Below the pieces are notes generated by a model. That model was not told the DNA's origin, did not search any database, and worked only from the letters and a program-made list of their open reading frames with translations. The translations under genes were made by a program, and so were the position numbers. From an uncultured virus (IMG/VR IMGVR_UViG_3300004151_000009) (lineage: Duplodnaviria; Heunggongvirae; Uroviricota; Caudoviricetes), in IMG/VR virus record IMGVR_UViG_3300004151_000009: a stretch of 20,000 nt of DNA; one strand, given 5' to 3'. Shown here one piece after another: positions 7,787-14,521 of this stretch (position 1 is its first letter; every line of letters begins with the position of its first letter).

Positions 7787-8101
7787 ATGAGCGGGATGGA
7801 AAACATGACTGAGGAACAGGCAATAGCATTATTTAATACCAACTGGTGGGAAGGAGCAACTGACAGACAGATAGCAGAGTTTCAAATAAACACCCCACGC
7901 CTCTGCTGTCCCTTTTCAAGGTTCCATGAAGCAATGGAGAAGACATTAGGCAGGCCCATCTGGACCCATGAATTTGGGCGGGAAGGGGCAGAAGCGATGA
8001 AGAAAGAACTCTTAGGTGAAAAAGCACCACCGACCTTAGAGGAGATCATAAGTCTCATTCTGAGAGATAAGAAAAAGGCAGTCCTCATAGCCTTCATGTG
8101 A
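7787..8101 (+). CDS. conserved-looking phage hypothetical protein (LCCPF..FHEA.E..LGRPIWTHEF)
   Basis: GGGGAGG RBS; motif-rich 104 aa ORF. Confidence 0.75.
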   Translation: MSGMENMTEEQAIALFNTNWWEGATDRQIAEFQINTPRLCCPFSRFHEAMEKTLGRPIWTHEFGREGAEAMKKELLGEKAPPTLEEIISLILRDKKKAVLIAFM

Positions 8102-8112
8102 TCCCCCCGGTA

Positions 8113-8252
8113 ACTAGTCTTTATTCTCCCTGGCGTGTAAAAAACTGTAACCCCCTGTACTGACTAGGCTTTATTCGGTCACATCAGCAGGAATTGTAGA
8201 AAAGAGGCCCCTAACTACTAGGCTTTATTGAGCAATCTCTCCCAAAATTGTA
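8113..8252. repeat. three bipartite direct repeats ACTAGKCTTTAT-N17/18-AAYTGTA (fourth copy at 7708-7744)
   Basis: Units start at 8113, 8163, 8217; second box at 8143, 8192, 8246. Confidence 0.8.
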
Positions 8253-8273
8253 GGCTACTACCGACCTTTAGAC

Positions 8274-8335
8274 CTATTGCCGATATATCGTGATTTTTGT
8301 GGTGGGGGGCCACTTTCACGATATATCGGCAATAG
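8274..8335. repeat. perfect 20-bp inverted repeat with 22-nt spacer
   Basis: CTATTGCCGATATATCGTGA (8274-8293) / TCACGATATATCGGCAATAG (8316-8335); each arm contains the palindrome CGATATATCG. Confidence 0.95.
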
Positions 8336-8342
8336 AATTAAC

Positions 8343-8385
8343 TGGCACGGTTCTTGCCGTGGTTACGTGTTGGCACGGTTTTTGT
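8343..8385 (+). promoter_or_regulatory. two tandem sigma54-like -24/-12 motifs
   Basis: TGGCAC-GGTTC-TTGC (8343-8357) and TGGCAC-GGTTT-TTGT (8371-8385). Confidence 0.45.
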
Positions 8386-8407
8386 TTTGCCTTGCTATCG
8401 GGTTTGC

Positions 8408-8611
8408 CTATGCGGCTTGTGCGGGCCTGTAGCGTAGCATGATCGAAACCATACCAAGCGCTTCCGCCTTGTCATCGGTGAAATAATCGGAATCCGGCAT
8501 AAGAACACCTTGCCAATAATATCTTACCCTGTATTCGTCCCACTCTGCGTCCCGAAATACCCGAACCGTCACGCCGTCATGGCTTGCAATGTAAATCCTT
8601 TTAAGCGCCAT
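8408..8611 (-). CDS. phage hypothetical protein (VFRDAEWDEYRV...DYFTDDK)
   Basis: ATG at 8611 after AAGGAAAGGTG; alternative GTG at 8620. Confidence 0.75.
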   Translation of the reverse strand: MALKRIYIASHDGVTVRVFRDAEWDEYRVRYYWQGVLMPDSDYFTDDKAEALGMVSIMLRYRPAQAA

Positions 8612-8632
8612 TTTATTCACCTTTCCTTTTTG

Positions 8633-8965
8633 TTATGAAAAATATTGTGCAAGAATATTTATTTGATTTATAGGTGCATATGCGAATATATCTTTTTTCG
8701 GCAAATAAATTGATAGCTCGTCTACCTGTCCATCTTGAAAGAAAACAGTGTCCATCAAAACAAGCGCTTTCCCGTCGCGCTCGAAGTATTCCAGGCCGAT
8801 ATATCCCATGCCGGGATGCCTGGACAAAACGAAATACCCGTTTCCTTCGCGATAAATATAGACCGCGTCATACGTTCCCGCAGATAATTGCACTGGCTGG
8901 AATTTTTGAATATATGCTATGACGTTCCCACTATCGTAATGGATAGAATACTTTGCTTTTCTCAT
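8633..8965 (-). CDS. hypothetical protein
   Basis: AAGGAAAGGT RBS, packed operon. Confidence 0.75.
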   Translation of the reverse strand: MRKAKYSIHYDSGNVIAYIQKFQPVQLSAGTYDAVYIYREGNGYFVLSRHPGMGYIGLEYFERDGKALVLMDTVFFQDGQVDELSIYLPKKDIFAYAPINQINILAQYFS

Positions 8966-8986
8966 GCTCTTTACCTTTCCTTTTTG

Positions 8987-9190
8987 TTATGCTTTCCATA
9001 GTGCGCGATGTTCAACTATGTTTGATGCAAAATACCAGTCGAGGTTCTGCGAATTTTTACAAAAAAAACGCAGGGCCAAAACCTCATGGCGCCTGTAATG
9101 CGAGAAATGATATCGTGGAAAATTGTCTTTTCCACCATGTAAAAACCAGTATTTTTCAAGGCGTATTGAAAACCACCTAAAGGATTTCAT
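8987..9190 (-). CDS. hypothetical basic/aromatic protein
   Basis: GAAAGGTG RBS; fills the operon gap. Confidence 0.55.
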   Translation of the reverse strand: MKSFRWFSIRLEKYWFLHGGKDNFPRYHFSHYRRHEVLALRFFCKNSQNLDWYFASNIVEHRALWKA

Positions 9191-9260
9191 CTCTTCACCT
9201 TTCTTTTTCCTGTTATGCCAGTATTGGCGCGCATTATCGCGATTTTATCATGCTGGTTTG

Positions 9261-9569
9261 TTATGCCGCTTTTTCCTCACTCTTGAAGTAACAAAACTCC
9301 ATTCTATCGTTGAATGGAATTGTTGTGTTGTTGATTGTCACGAACCACTCGCCTTTGTGTTGGTAAAGCGAAGCGGCAATGTCGAATTCTTCAAACGCTT
9401 GGTTAATTCTGCGTTTCGTCGTGACCGTTCGCCAGCCACCGGAGTTTAGAACGATTGTTCCCGTTTTCCGGTTGATTTTGAAAACTTGCGTATCATGATA
9501 TAAGACGCAAGTGAAACCGTTATGCTCAAAGACATGGGTTTCATGCTGGCCGATATGCTTGCATTTCAT
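9261..9569 (-). CDS. phage hypothetical protein (LNSGGWRTVTTKRRIN motif)
   Basis: GAAGGA RBS; motif recalled from small phage early proteins. Confidence 0.8.
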   Translation of the reverse strand: MKCKHIGQHETHVFEHNGFTCVLYHDTQVFKINRKTGTIVLNSGGWRTVTTKRRINQAFEEFDIAASLYQHKGEWFVTINNTTIPFNDRMEFCYFKSEEKAA

Positions 9570-9621
9570 GTTTTTTCCTTCTTTTGTGGCTTATCGTTTA
9601 TCGATAATTTTTTATTGTTTT

Positions 9622-9867
9622 TCAACCCTTGCGCGTAAACGTGCCATAGTCCACGGGTATCGGGAACCTGGTCACATAAAGCCATTCATCTAGCTGGCTT
9701 TCCGTCCATGTCGTATCAATATGCACCATTGTCCAAGTTCTATCTTGGTGATACATGCCCTGCGATTCTATGCCGATTGTGGTTTTCAATTTTTCCAGTC
9801 TTTTGACTATATAATTTGCCGCGTTTGTTGTTACATCAAAGCCTAGGTAGTTCATATAGTTTTCCAT
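9622..9867 (-). CDS. hypothetical protein
   Basis: AAAAAAGCGGGATGGA leader shared with the gene at 10082; true start may be the next Met. Confidence 0.7.
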   Translation of the reverse strand: MENYMNYLGFDVTTNAANYIVKRLEKLKTTIGIESQGMYHQDRTWTMVHIDTTWTESQLDEWLYVTRFPIPVDYGTFTRKG

Positions 9868-9881
9868 CCCGCTTTTTTTTG

Positions 9882-10082
9882 TTAATCAATGCAAGCCACG
9901 TTTTGCCATGTATCCGCCAAACGATTGAAAATATCCTGCTTGTTGACATAGGGATTTTCATGGAACTTAGGCAAGTTCAAGTATCTTGATAAATCATGCA
10001 TACCCTTTTCGTACTCTTTCACTCTTTCCTTTTCCTTTTGTAGTTCTTCTTGCAATGTCTTTATGTAGCTCATGTTCTCCAT
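9882..10082 (-). CDS. hypothetical coiled-coil protein
   Basis: Same leader as 9867; packed operon. Confidence 0.7.
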   Translation of the reverse strand: MENMSYIKTLQEELQKEKERVKEYEKGMHDLSRYLNLPKFHENPYVNKQDIFNRLADTWQNVACID

Positions 10083-10099
10083 CCCGCTTTTTTTGCTTG

Positions 10100-10375
10100 T
10101 TAATCAAAAAATCCTTCGGCAATGCTTAAAAAATCCGTTCTTGCGTATTTTCTGCCCGGCAAAGGCCGCATATCGGGCGTTCCCTCTGGAAAATTATCCT
10201 CACACGTTGCCCGGATAAATCTTGCCAAAATACGCACAATGCGCCTGTCTTCAATACCGTATTTTTCAATTAAATCGTCTTTTCTGCTTTCAATCGCCAG
10301 ATACAGGCTTTCTGTATTGCTCATCCATAAAGCCACATTCCACGTTTCCCAATTCTTCCAGCCATTATATTCCAT
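10100..10375 (-). CDS. phage hypothetical protein (YNGWKNWETWNVALW family)
   Basis: N-terminal YNGWxNxETWxVxLW motif recalled from phage early genes; GGGAAGG RBS. Confidence 0.85.
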   Translation of the reverse strand: MEYNGWKNWETWNVALWMSNTESLYLAIESRKDDLIEKYGIEDRRIVRILARFIRATCEDNFPEGTPDMRPLPGRKYARTDFLSIAEGFFD

Positions 10376-10399
10376 TGTGCTTTCCTTCCCGATTTTTTG

Positions 10400-10564
10400 T
10401 TAGCTGTTTTCCCGGCATTGCATGGACAATTCCCAAAGCCGGATAGCATACGCTGTCAAATCATCGTCCGACATTGCTTCGCTTTCCGGCGTTTCTGTTT
10501 CGGCCATTGCCATGACATCGGCAACGGTAATGTCACCATGTAGTAAATCAAGCATTGCTTGCAC
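10400..10564 (-). CDS. small acidic hypothetical protein
   Basis: GTG at 10564 after GCGGGAGGGAAGCACA, the leader type also seen at 10375 and 11379. Confidence 0.6.
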   Translation of the reverse strand: MQAMLDLLHGDITVADVMAMAETETPESEAMSDDDLTAYAIRLWELSMQCRENS

Positions 10565-10583
10565 TGTGCTTCCCTCCCGCTTT

Positions 10584-10865
10584 TTACTGGTTTCCCGGTA
10601 TTGCCCGAAAAGCATAGACCGGCATACCAGTACGGCGTTCTTGTATCTCGAAATCGTACTCCCCGTATTCAACTAGCAATGCCTTGCCCCAATATTTTCG
10701 GCCCGTGCCGAGATAATCATTTTTACGTAACCAGGCAAAAAGCTTTCGTGGCGTTATGTCTTTATCCGCAAAAGTGACGGTTTCTAACTTGTGCGCGTCA
10801 TTCCATGACCAGCCATAATCATCTCCCCATGCATCTATTGACAACATTTCATATTTTCTTTTCAT
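10584..10865 (-). CDS. phage hypothetical protein (IDAWGDDYGWSWND)
   Basis: ATCGGGGAAGG RBS. Confidence 0.8.
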   Translation of the reverse strand: MKRKYEMLSIDAWGDDYGWSWNDAHKLETVTFADKDITPRKLFAWLRKNDYLGTGRKYWGKALLVEYGEYDFEIQERRTGMPVYAFRAIPGNQ

Positions 10866-10892
10866 GCTTTTTCCTTCCCCGATTTTTAATTG

Positions 10893-11144
10893 TTACCCGA
10901 TGACCAGAATACGCCGATTGTGCGGGCCTGTCGTCTCGCCCACACTAATGCCAGCCGCCCGTAAACGGGCAAGCAGGTTATGACGGCTGGCGCAATATCG
11001 ACAAGAAAAAAGCTTGGCCTTACCCTTTAGCGTACTACCCGATAAATTTTCAATCCCATTTATAATCCCCCTTTGATAACTCCCACGGGCCAAGCTCCAT
11101 GCCCGATTGTACACGTCCATGTCTTTGCAAACGGTCCATGACAT
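10893..11144 (-). CDS. hypothetical basic protein
   Basis: Packed operon; LSGSTLKGKAK motif. Confidence 0.7.
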   Translation of the reverse strand: MSWTVCKDMDVYNRAWSLARGSYQRGIINGIENLSGSTLKGKAKLFSCRYCASRHNLLARLRAAGISVGETTGPHNRRILVIG

Positions 11145-11160
11145 GTCTTTTCTCTCTTTT

Positions 11161-11379
11161 TTAACTGTTACGGGCCTTGCGATACAGGCCGCCAGATAGC
11201 ATAATGTCTGCCCCAGGCGTGCCGCTTTCCGCGCGCCACTTGCGCCGCGCGGTCATGTATGCCTGCCGCGCTTTCCGGGCCGTCTGCCTGCCCGGCAGAA
11301 AAAGCGCGTGCCGCATATGGAAATAGTTGCCGCGCGTATCATCCCATTCCCACGATTGTCCTTCCATCTTGAGCTGCAT
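11161..11379 (-). CDS. hypothetical basic protein
   Basis: GCGGGAAGG RBS. Confidence 0.65.
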   Translation of the reverse strand: MQLKMEGQSWEWDDTRGNYFHMRHALFLPGRQTARKARQAYMTARRKWRAESGTPGADIMLSGGLYRKARNS

Positions 11380-11400
11380 TGTGCTTTTCCTTCCCGCTTT

Positions 11401-11598
11401 TTAATTGTCTGCGTCGGTAAACGAAAATGGCAGGCCACAAACCGTCTGGCCCGCACGAAACCCGGCATACAATCCAAGCGCCTGTAGCTGTTCCCGGATA
11501 TGCCTCCCGATCAAGTCCGGGCGTTCTCGGCGTATCTGTGCGCCTACCTCGTCAAAAAATATCTTGCGCCCCTGGCCGTCATAGTAATAACCGCCCAT
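11401..11598 (-). CDS. hypothetical protein (MGGYYYDGQG...)
   Basis: ATG at 11598 after GAGGA; first gene of the 8408-11598 cluster. Confidence 0.6.
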   Translation of the reverse strand: MGGYYYDGQGRKIFFDEVGAQIRRERPDLIGRHIREQLQALGLYAGFRAGQTVCGLPFSFTDADN

Positions 11599-12271
11599 TT
11601 TTTCCTCGCTTTTTTTAGGGTTGCGTTTCAAGCCGGGAACTGTTCCCGGCTTGTTTGCAATCCTTTGTCGGCTACTCTCGCCGGGCCTGTCCCGGCTAAG
11701 CTCTGGCCTGTCAATTTTCAGTGATCTTTGCGGGCCGCTTCCCCGCACGTCGTGATTATTTTCTAATCGCATTCTGGCCTTCCCGTCAAGCATTTTTTCT
11801 ATCTTTTTTTGGCCCGCTCAAAAAATTGAAATCAATTTCAAAAAATGCCGTATGTAATGATCCGGGCGCGCGAAGAGCATTTTTCATGCCAAAAAATCTT
11901 GAAAAAGGCCATTTTTCCTTGTATTGCGCTAAAAATCTAAAAACGTATCCTTGCCTAGCAAAACATGCCCGGCGCGGCAAATCGCATTCTGGCGTGTTTC
12001 AGCCCTATATGCTTCGCATAGCATAACGAAAAAAACTGGAAAAAAGCTCGATAAAAAGATTTTTTTGGCATGGTTTTTGTCGTGGCATGAAATATGCTTG
12101 GCGTTTTTTCCTGCCAGATTTTTTTGCTTTTTTTTGCTTTTTTTCGCATTTTCTTGTGCTTTTCCTGGTTTTTGGCATGGAACGTGAATTGACAAAACTT
12201 TGACTATACTACCACGGCTTTTCTCGCATATACTCTCGACATGACAAAAAAATGGCGCAGATTGCTTGCCT

Positions 12272-12387
12272 TATGCTTTCTTGGGCATATGCTTTCGCGG
12301 ACATATGCTTGACCACGCCGATATGCTTTCTTGAACATATGCTAGCTCGGACATATGCTTTTTCTAACCTATGCTTTGTGGAGCATA
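12272..12387. repeat. periodic TATGCT array (7 direct copies, 16-bp period, plus one inverted copy)
   Basis: TATGCT at 12272, 12288, 12304, 12322, 12338, 12354, 12370; AGCATA at 12382. Confidence 0.85.
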
Positions 12388-12489
12388 ACGCTGGCGGTAG
12401 TCTGGTCTGGCGGGGCGGCGGCTAAGTTCCAGGTGGGGCAGCCTGCTTACCTGTTAGGTATTCTGTCTTAAATCCTTCCCCAAAAAATG

Positions 12490-12575
12490 CTACGTTGCAA
12501 GTTGCCGGTCCCCCCTACGTTGCGGGTTGCCGGTCCCTTTTCATTTCTTGACCTACGTTGCTTGTTGTCGTTCCC
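12490..12575. repeat. three 23-bp direct repeats CTACGTTGC-NN-GTTGYCGKTCCC
   Basis: Copies at 12490-12512, 12515-12537, 12553-12575. Confidence 0.8.
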
Positions 12576-12795
12576 TTGGGTGCTTCCTGCCCGCTTCCTT
12601 GAGGTAGTGCTGATTGTTGTCAGGATGCCCTGTGCTGGACTTTCTTTTGATTCTTGGGGTTGGATACGGTCTGCTTGGTAGGCTGGCTTTAGAATGGCTT
12701 GTCTTTGGCTGGTTTTGAGTGTTCTTTGGCTGTTCGGGGTGGGTTCTTTTAGCCTAGTTCTGGTTGCTTTCCCACCCCGATTTTTTGGACTTCTG

Positions 12796-13029
12796 CTAGG
12801 CGTCGATGATCGTAAAAATATCCTCAATCGGATCGCCTTCCATGTCAATGTCGGCACGACAATGCCTGCGGTTGCCCTCCCGCTCCATTGCTTTGAAAAT
12901 CTCAAAATCCTCCCACGGAAGTACGCCTCCCCCAGAATCAGACATGGCATTGGGGGCTAACACGCTCCAAACGTCTTCAAACTGTTCACCTGAGTATCTG
13001 TCAACCCACTCCATTTGATATTTCGGCAT
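12796..13029 (-). CDS. hypothetical protein, FxxM[EK]xxG paralog family
   Basis: ATCGGGGAGG RBS; similar to 13059, 13519, 13776. Confidence 0.8.
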   Translation of the reverse strand: MPKYQMEWVDRYSGEQFEDVWSVLAPNAMSDSGGGVLPWEDFEIFKAMEREGNRRHCRADIDMEGDPIEDIFTIIDA

Positions 13030-13058
13030 GTGTTTCCTCCCCGATTTTTTGGGTTAGG

Positions 13059-13262
13059 CTAGTCTTTCAGAATGGTGTAAACATCCCCCTCGCACTCCCA
13101 CTCTAAGAGGCCCTGAGACTTCATTTTTTCAAAAATCGCCACATCTCCTCCATGCATCGCGTGTTCATCCTCGCTGCATAACGTGTTAGGGGTAAGGTGG
13201 TCCCACAATCCCTCACAACGTCGGCCAGTAAAAACATCCATCCAACTGATCTTGTATAGCAT
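13059..13262 (-). CDS. hypothetical protein, FxxM[EK]xxG paralog family
   Basis: ATCGGGGAGG RBS; MLYKISW.D.F.G...W..L.PN aligns with 12796-13029. Confidence 0.8.
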   Translation of the reverse strand: MLYKISWMDVFTGRRCEGLWDHLTPNTLCSEDEHAMHGGDVAIFEKMKSQGLLEWECEGDVYTILKD

Positions 13263-13291
13263 TTAGGATACCTCCCCGATTTTTGGTATGT

Positions 13292-13507
13292 TTAGATGTC
13301 CGATGGATCAGGCAGCGGAGGCTTCTGTGACACGATGTGGTTATGGTACAAAGCCCACCACTCTGCTAGCACGTTCTCGTGGGCCTTTGGCAGCCAGTCT
13401 CCCCCACAAGTAAAAACAGAAACGGCAATAGCCGCAAACACCGCTTTCGGACACTGCTCGTAAAAAGATATCTGCCGACTGTACTCGTTTGTCACCTTCC
13501 CGGCCAT
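13292..13507 (-). CDS. hypothetical protein (MAGKVTNEY...PKAVFAAIAVS...QKPP)
   Basis: ATG at 13507 after AAGGGGGG. Confidence 0.7.
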   Translation of the reverse strand: MAGKVTNEYSRQISFYEQCPKAVFAAIAVSVFTCGGDWLPKAHENVLAEWWALYHNHIVSQKPPLPDPSDI

Positions 13508-13518
13508 AACCCCCCTTA

Positions 13519-13746
13519 TTAAGCAGAAATTTCGTATGTGTCTTCCCACGCATCCCCGAAGTCACCCACCCCCCGCACAATCCGGGTACTCTCCCCCCGA
13601 CGTTCCATGTCTTTGAACACCTTGAAGGCGTCAAACCCCATTATACAGTCGCTCTTCAAGTCCCTGGCCTCAATATCTAAGGTAGTCCACTTCAAGGTGT
13701 AGATATTCGTCCCCGGAGTTGCCATGTACGTGTATGTGTAGAGCAT
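13519..13746 (-). CDS. hypothetical protein, FxxM[EK]xxG paralog family
   Basis: ATG at 13746 after AGGGGGG; FKDMERRG...EDTYEI. Confidence 0.75.
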   Translation of the reverse strand: MLYTYTYMATPGTNIYTLKWTTLDIEARDLKSDCIMGFDAFKVFKDMERRGESTRIVRGVGDFGDAWEDTYEISA

Positions 13747-13775
13747 ACCCCCCCTTTGTTTTTTTGAAGTTGATT

Positions 13776-14015
13776 TCAATCCCAGGCGTACTTGATGAAA
13801 AAAGTCTTACCCGGTTCGATGTTCTTTGTCAAGCCCATGTTTTCCATTTCTTGGAAAGTATCCGCTTCCGCCTTGGTCATGATAACACTCTTGTACATAC
13901 CCTTCCGAAAATAGATAGGTACAGACAGGTATCCCTGCTTTGCCTCGTTCCAAGTGATCTCAAGGGCCTTGCCATCCCCCATACCTTCGCTGGCGTACTG
14001 TATCTTGTAGGTCAT
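13776..14015 (-). CDS. hypothetical protein, FxxM[EK]xxG paralog family (divergent)
   Basis: ATG at 14015 after GGGAGGG; MTYKIQY...FQEMENMG. Confidence 0.75.
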   Translation of the reverse strand: MTYKIQYASEGMGDGKALEITWNEAKQGYLSVPIYFRKGMYKSVIMTKAEADTFQEMENMGLTKNIEPGKTFFIKYAWD

Positions 14016-14046
14016 GTGCTTTCCCTCCCGCTCGTTTGTTGAGTAC

Positions 14047-14075
14047 AGACTACCGCTTTCGGGCAGGTTTGTCAA
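14047..14075 (-). promoter_or_regulatory. sigma70-type promoter cassette
   Basis: TTGACA-N17-TAGTCT then CTCAACAAA leader and RBS. Confidence 0.7.
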
Positions 14076-14223
14076 GGTTTTTTATGACCAGTTTGGCCGC
14101 TTGCAGACGCTTCTCGTCTTCCTTGGTATTCAACCACGGGCACATGTTCAACGCCTTGACCATATTCTTGAGTGCCCAAGCGGGCTGGTTCCCCACTATG
14201 CTTCTCGCTTCCTGTAATGTCAT
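14050..14223 (-). CDS. 57-aa hypothetical protein ([33 protein letters not shown]...)
   Basis: Translated by hand and absent from the ORF track, probably too short for it; GGGAGGG RBS. Confidence 0.7.
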   Translation of the reverse strand: MTLQEARSIVGNQPAWALKNMVKALNMCPWLNTKEDEKRLQAAKLVIKNLDKPARKR

Positions 14224-14226
14224 GAC

Positions 14227-14448
14227 CTAACCCTCCCGCCTCTTGTAACAAGGGCAATTCTCGTGCGGGGTTTCCGCTTCTACCATCACACCGTCAGCAT
14301 GTGCCCCGGTGGGCGGAAGCGGGATGGTGTCCAGGTAAAAACATCGCCCCATAAAATGGTCATCCTCCGGGTATCCGTTGTGTGTCTCCCAGATCGTATT
14401 CCAGTTGCAATACTTACAGGTATGACAAGTCCCTTCCTTGAGTTGCAT
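14227..14448 (-). CDS. Cys-rich small protein (CHTCKYC...C...CPC)
   Basis: ATG at 14448 after GAGGGGGAG, directly after a promoter. Confidence 0.75.
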   Translation of the reverse strand: MQLKEGTCHTCKYCNWNTIWETHNGYPEDDHFMGRCFYLDTIPLPPTGAHADGVMVEAETPHENCPCYKRREG

Positions 14449-14473
14449 AGGCTCCCCCTCATTCATTGAAGAC

Positions 14474-14502
14474 ATTATGTGCTTTTTCTTGGAAAATGTC
14501 AA
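14474..14502 (-). promoter_or_regulatory. sigma70-type promoter cassette
   Basis: TTGACA-N17-CATAAT; 14452-14503 matches 15623-15674 at 51/52. Confidence 0.8.
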
Positions 14503-14521
14503 GAGGTTAATCTGGTAAAAT

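Noticed and set aside
8113..8252. CRISPR mini-array
   Set aside because: The conserved part is only 12-13 bp, the would-be spacers share a second box, and no cas genes are in the window.
11721..12195. Overlapping ORFs on both strands
   Set aside because: Low-complexity A/T-tract translations (poly-K, poly-F) without RBS; treated as non-coding.
12272..12575. CRISPR array in the repeat block
   Set aside because: Periods of 16 bp and 25/38 bp leave no room for regular unique spacers.
12468..12960. ORFs 12468-12950 (-) and 12694-12960 (+)
   Set aside because: They overlap the better-supported 12796-13029 gene, lack an RBS and run through repeats; a short gene within 12468-12790 cannot be fully excluded.
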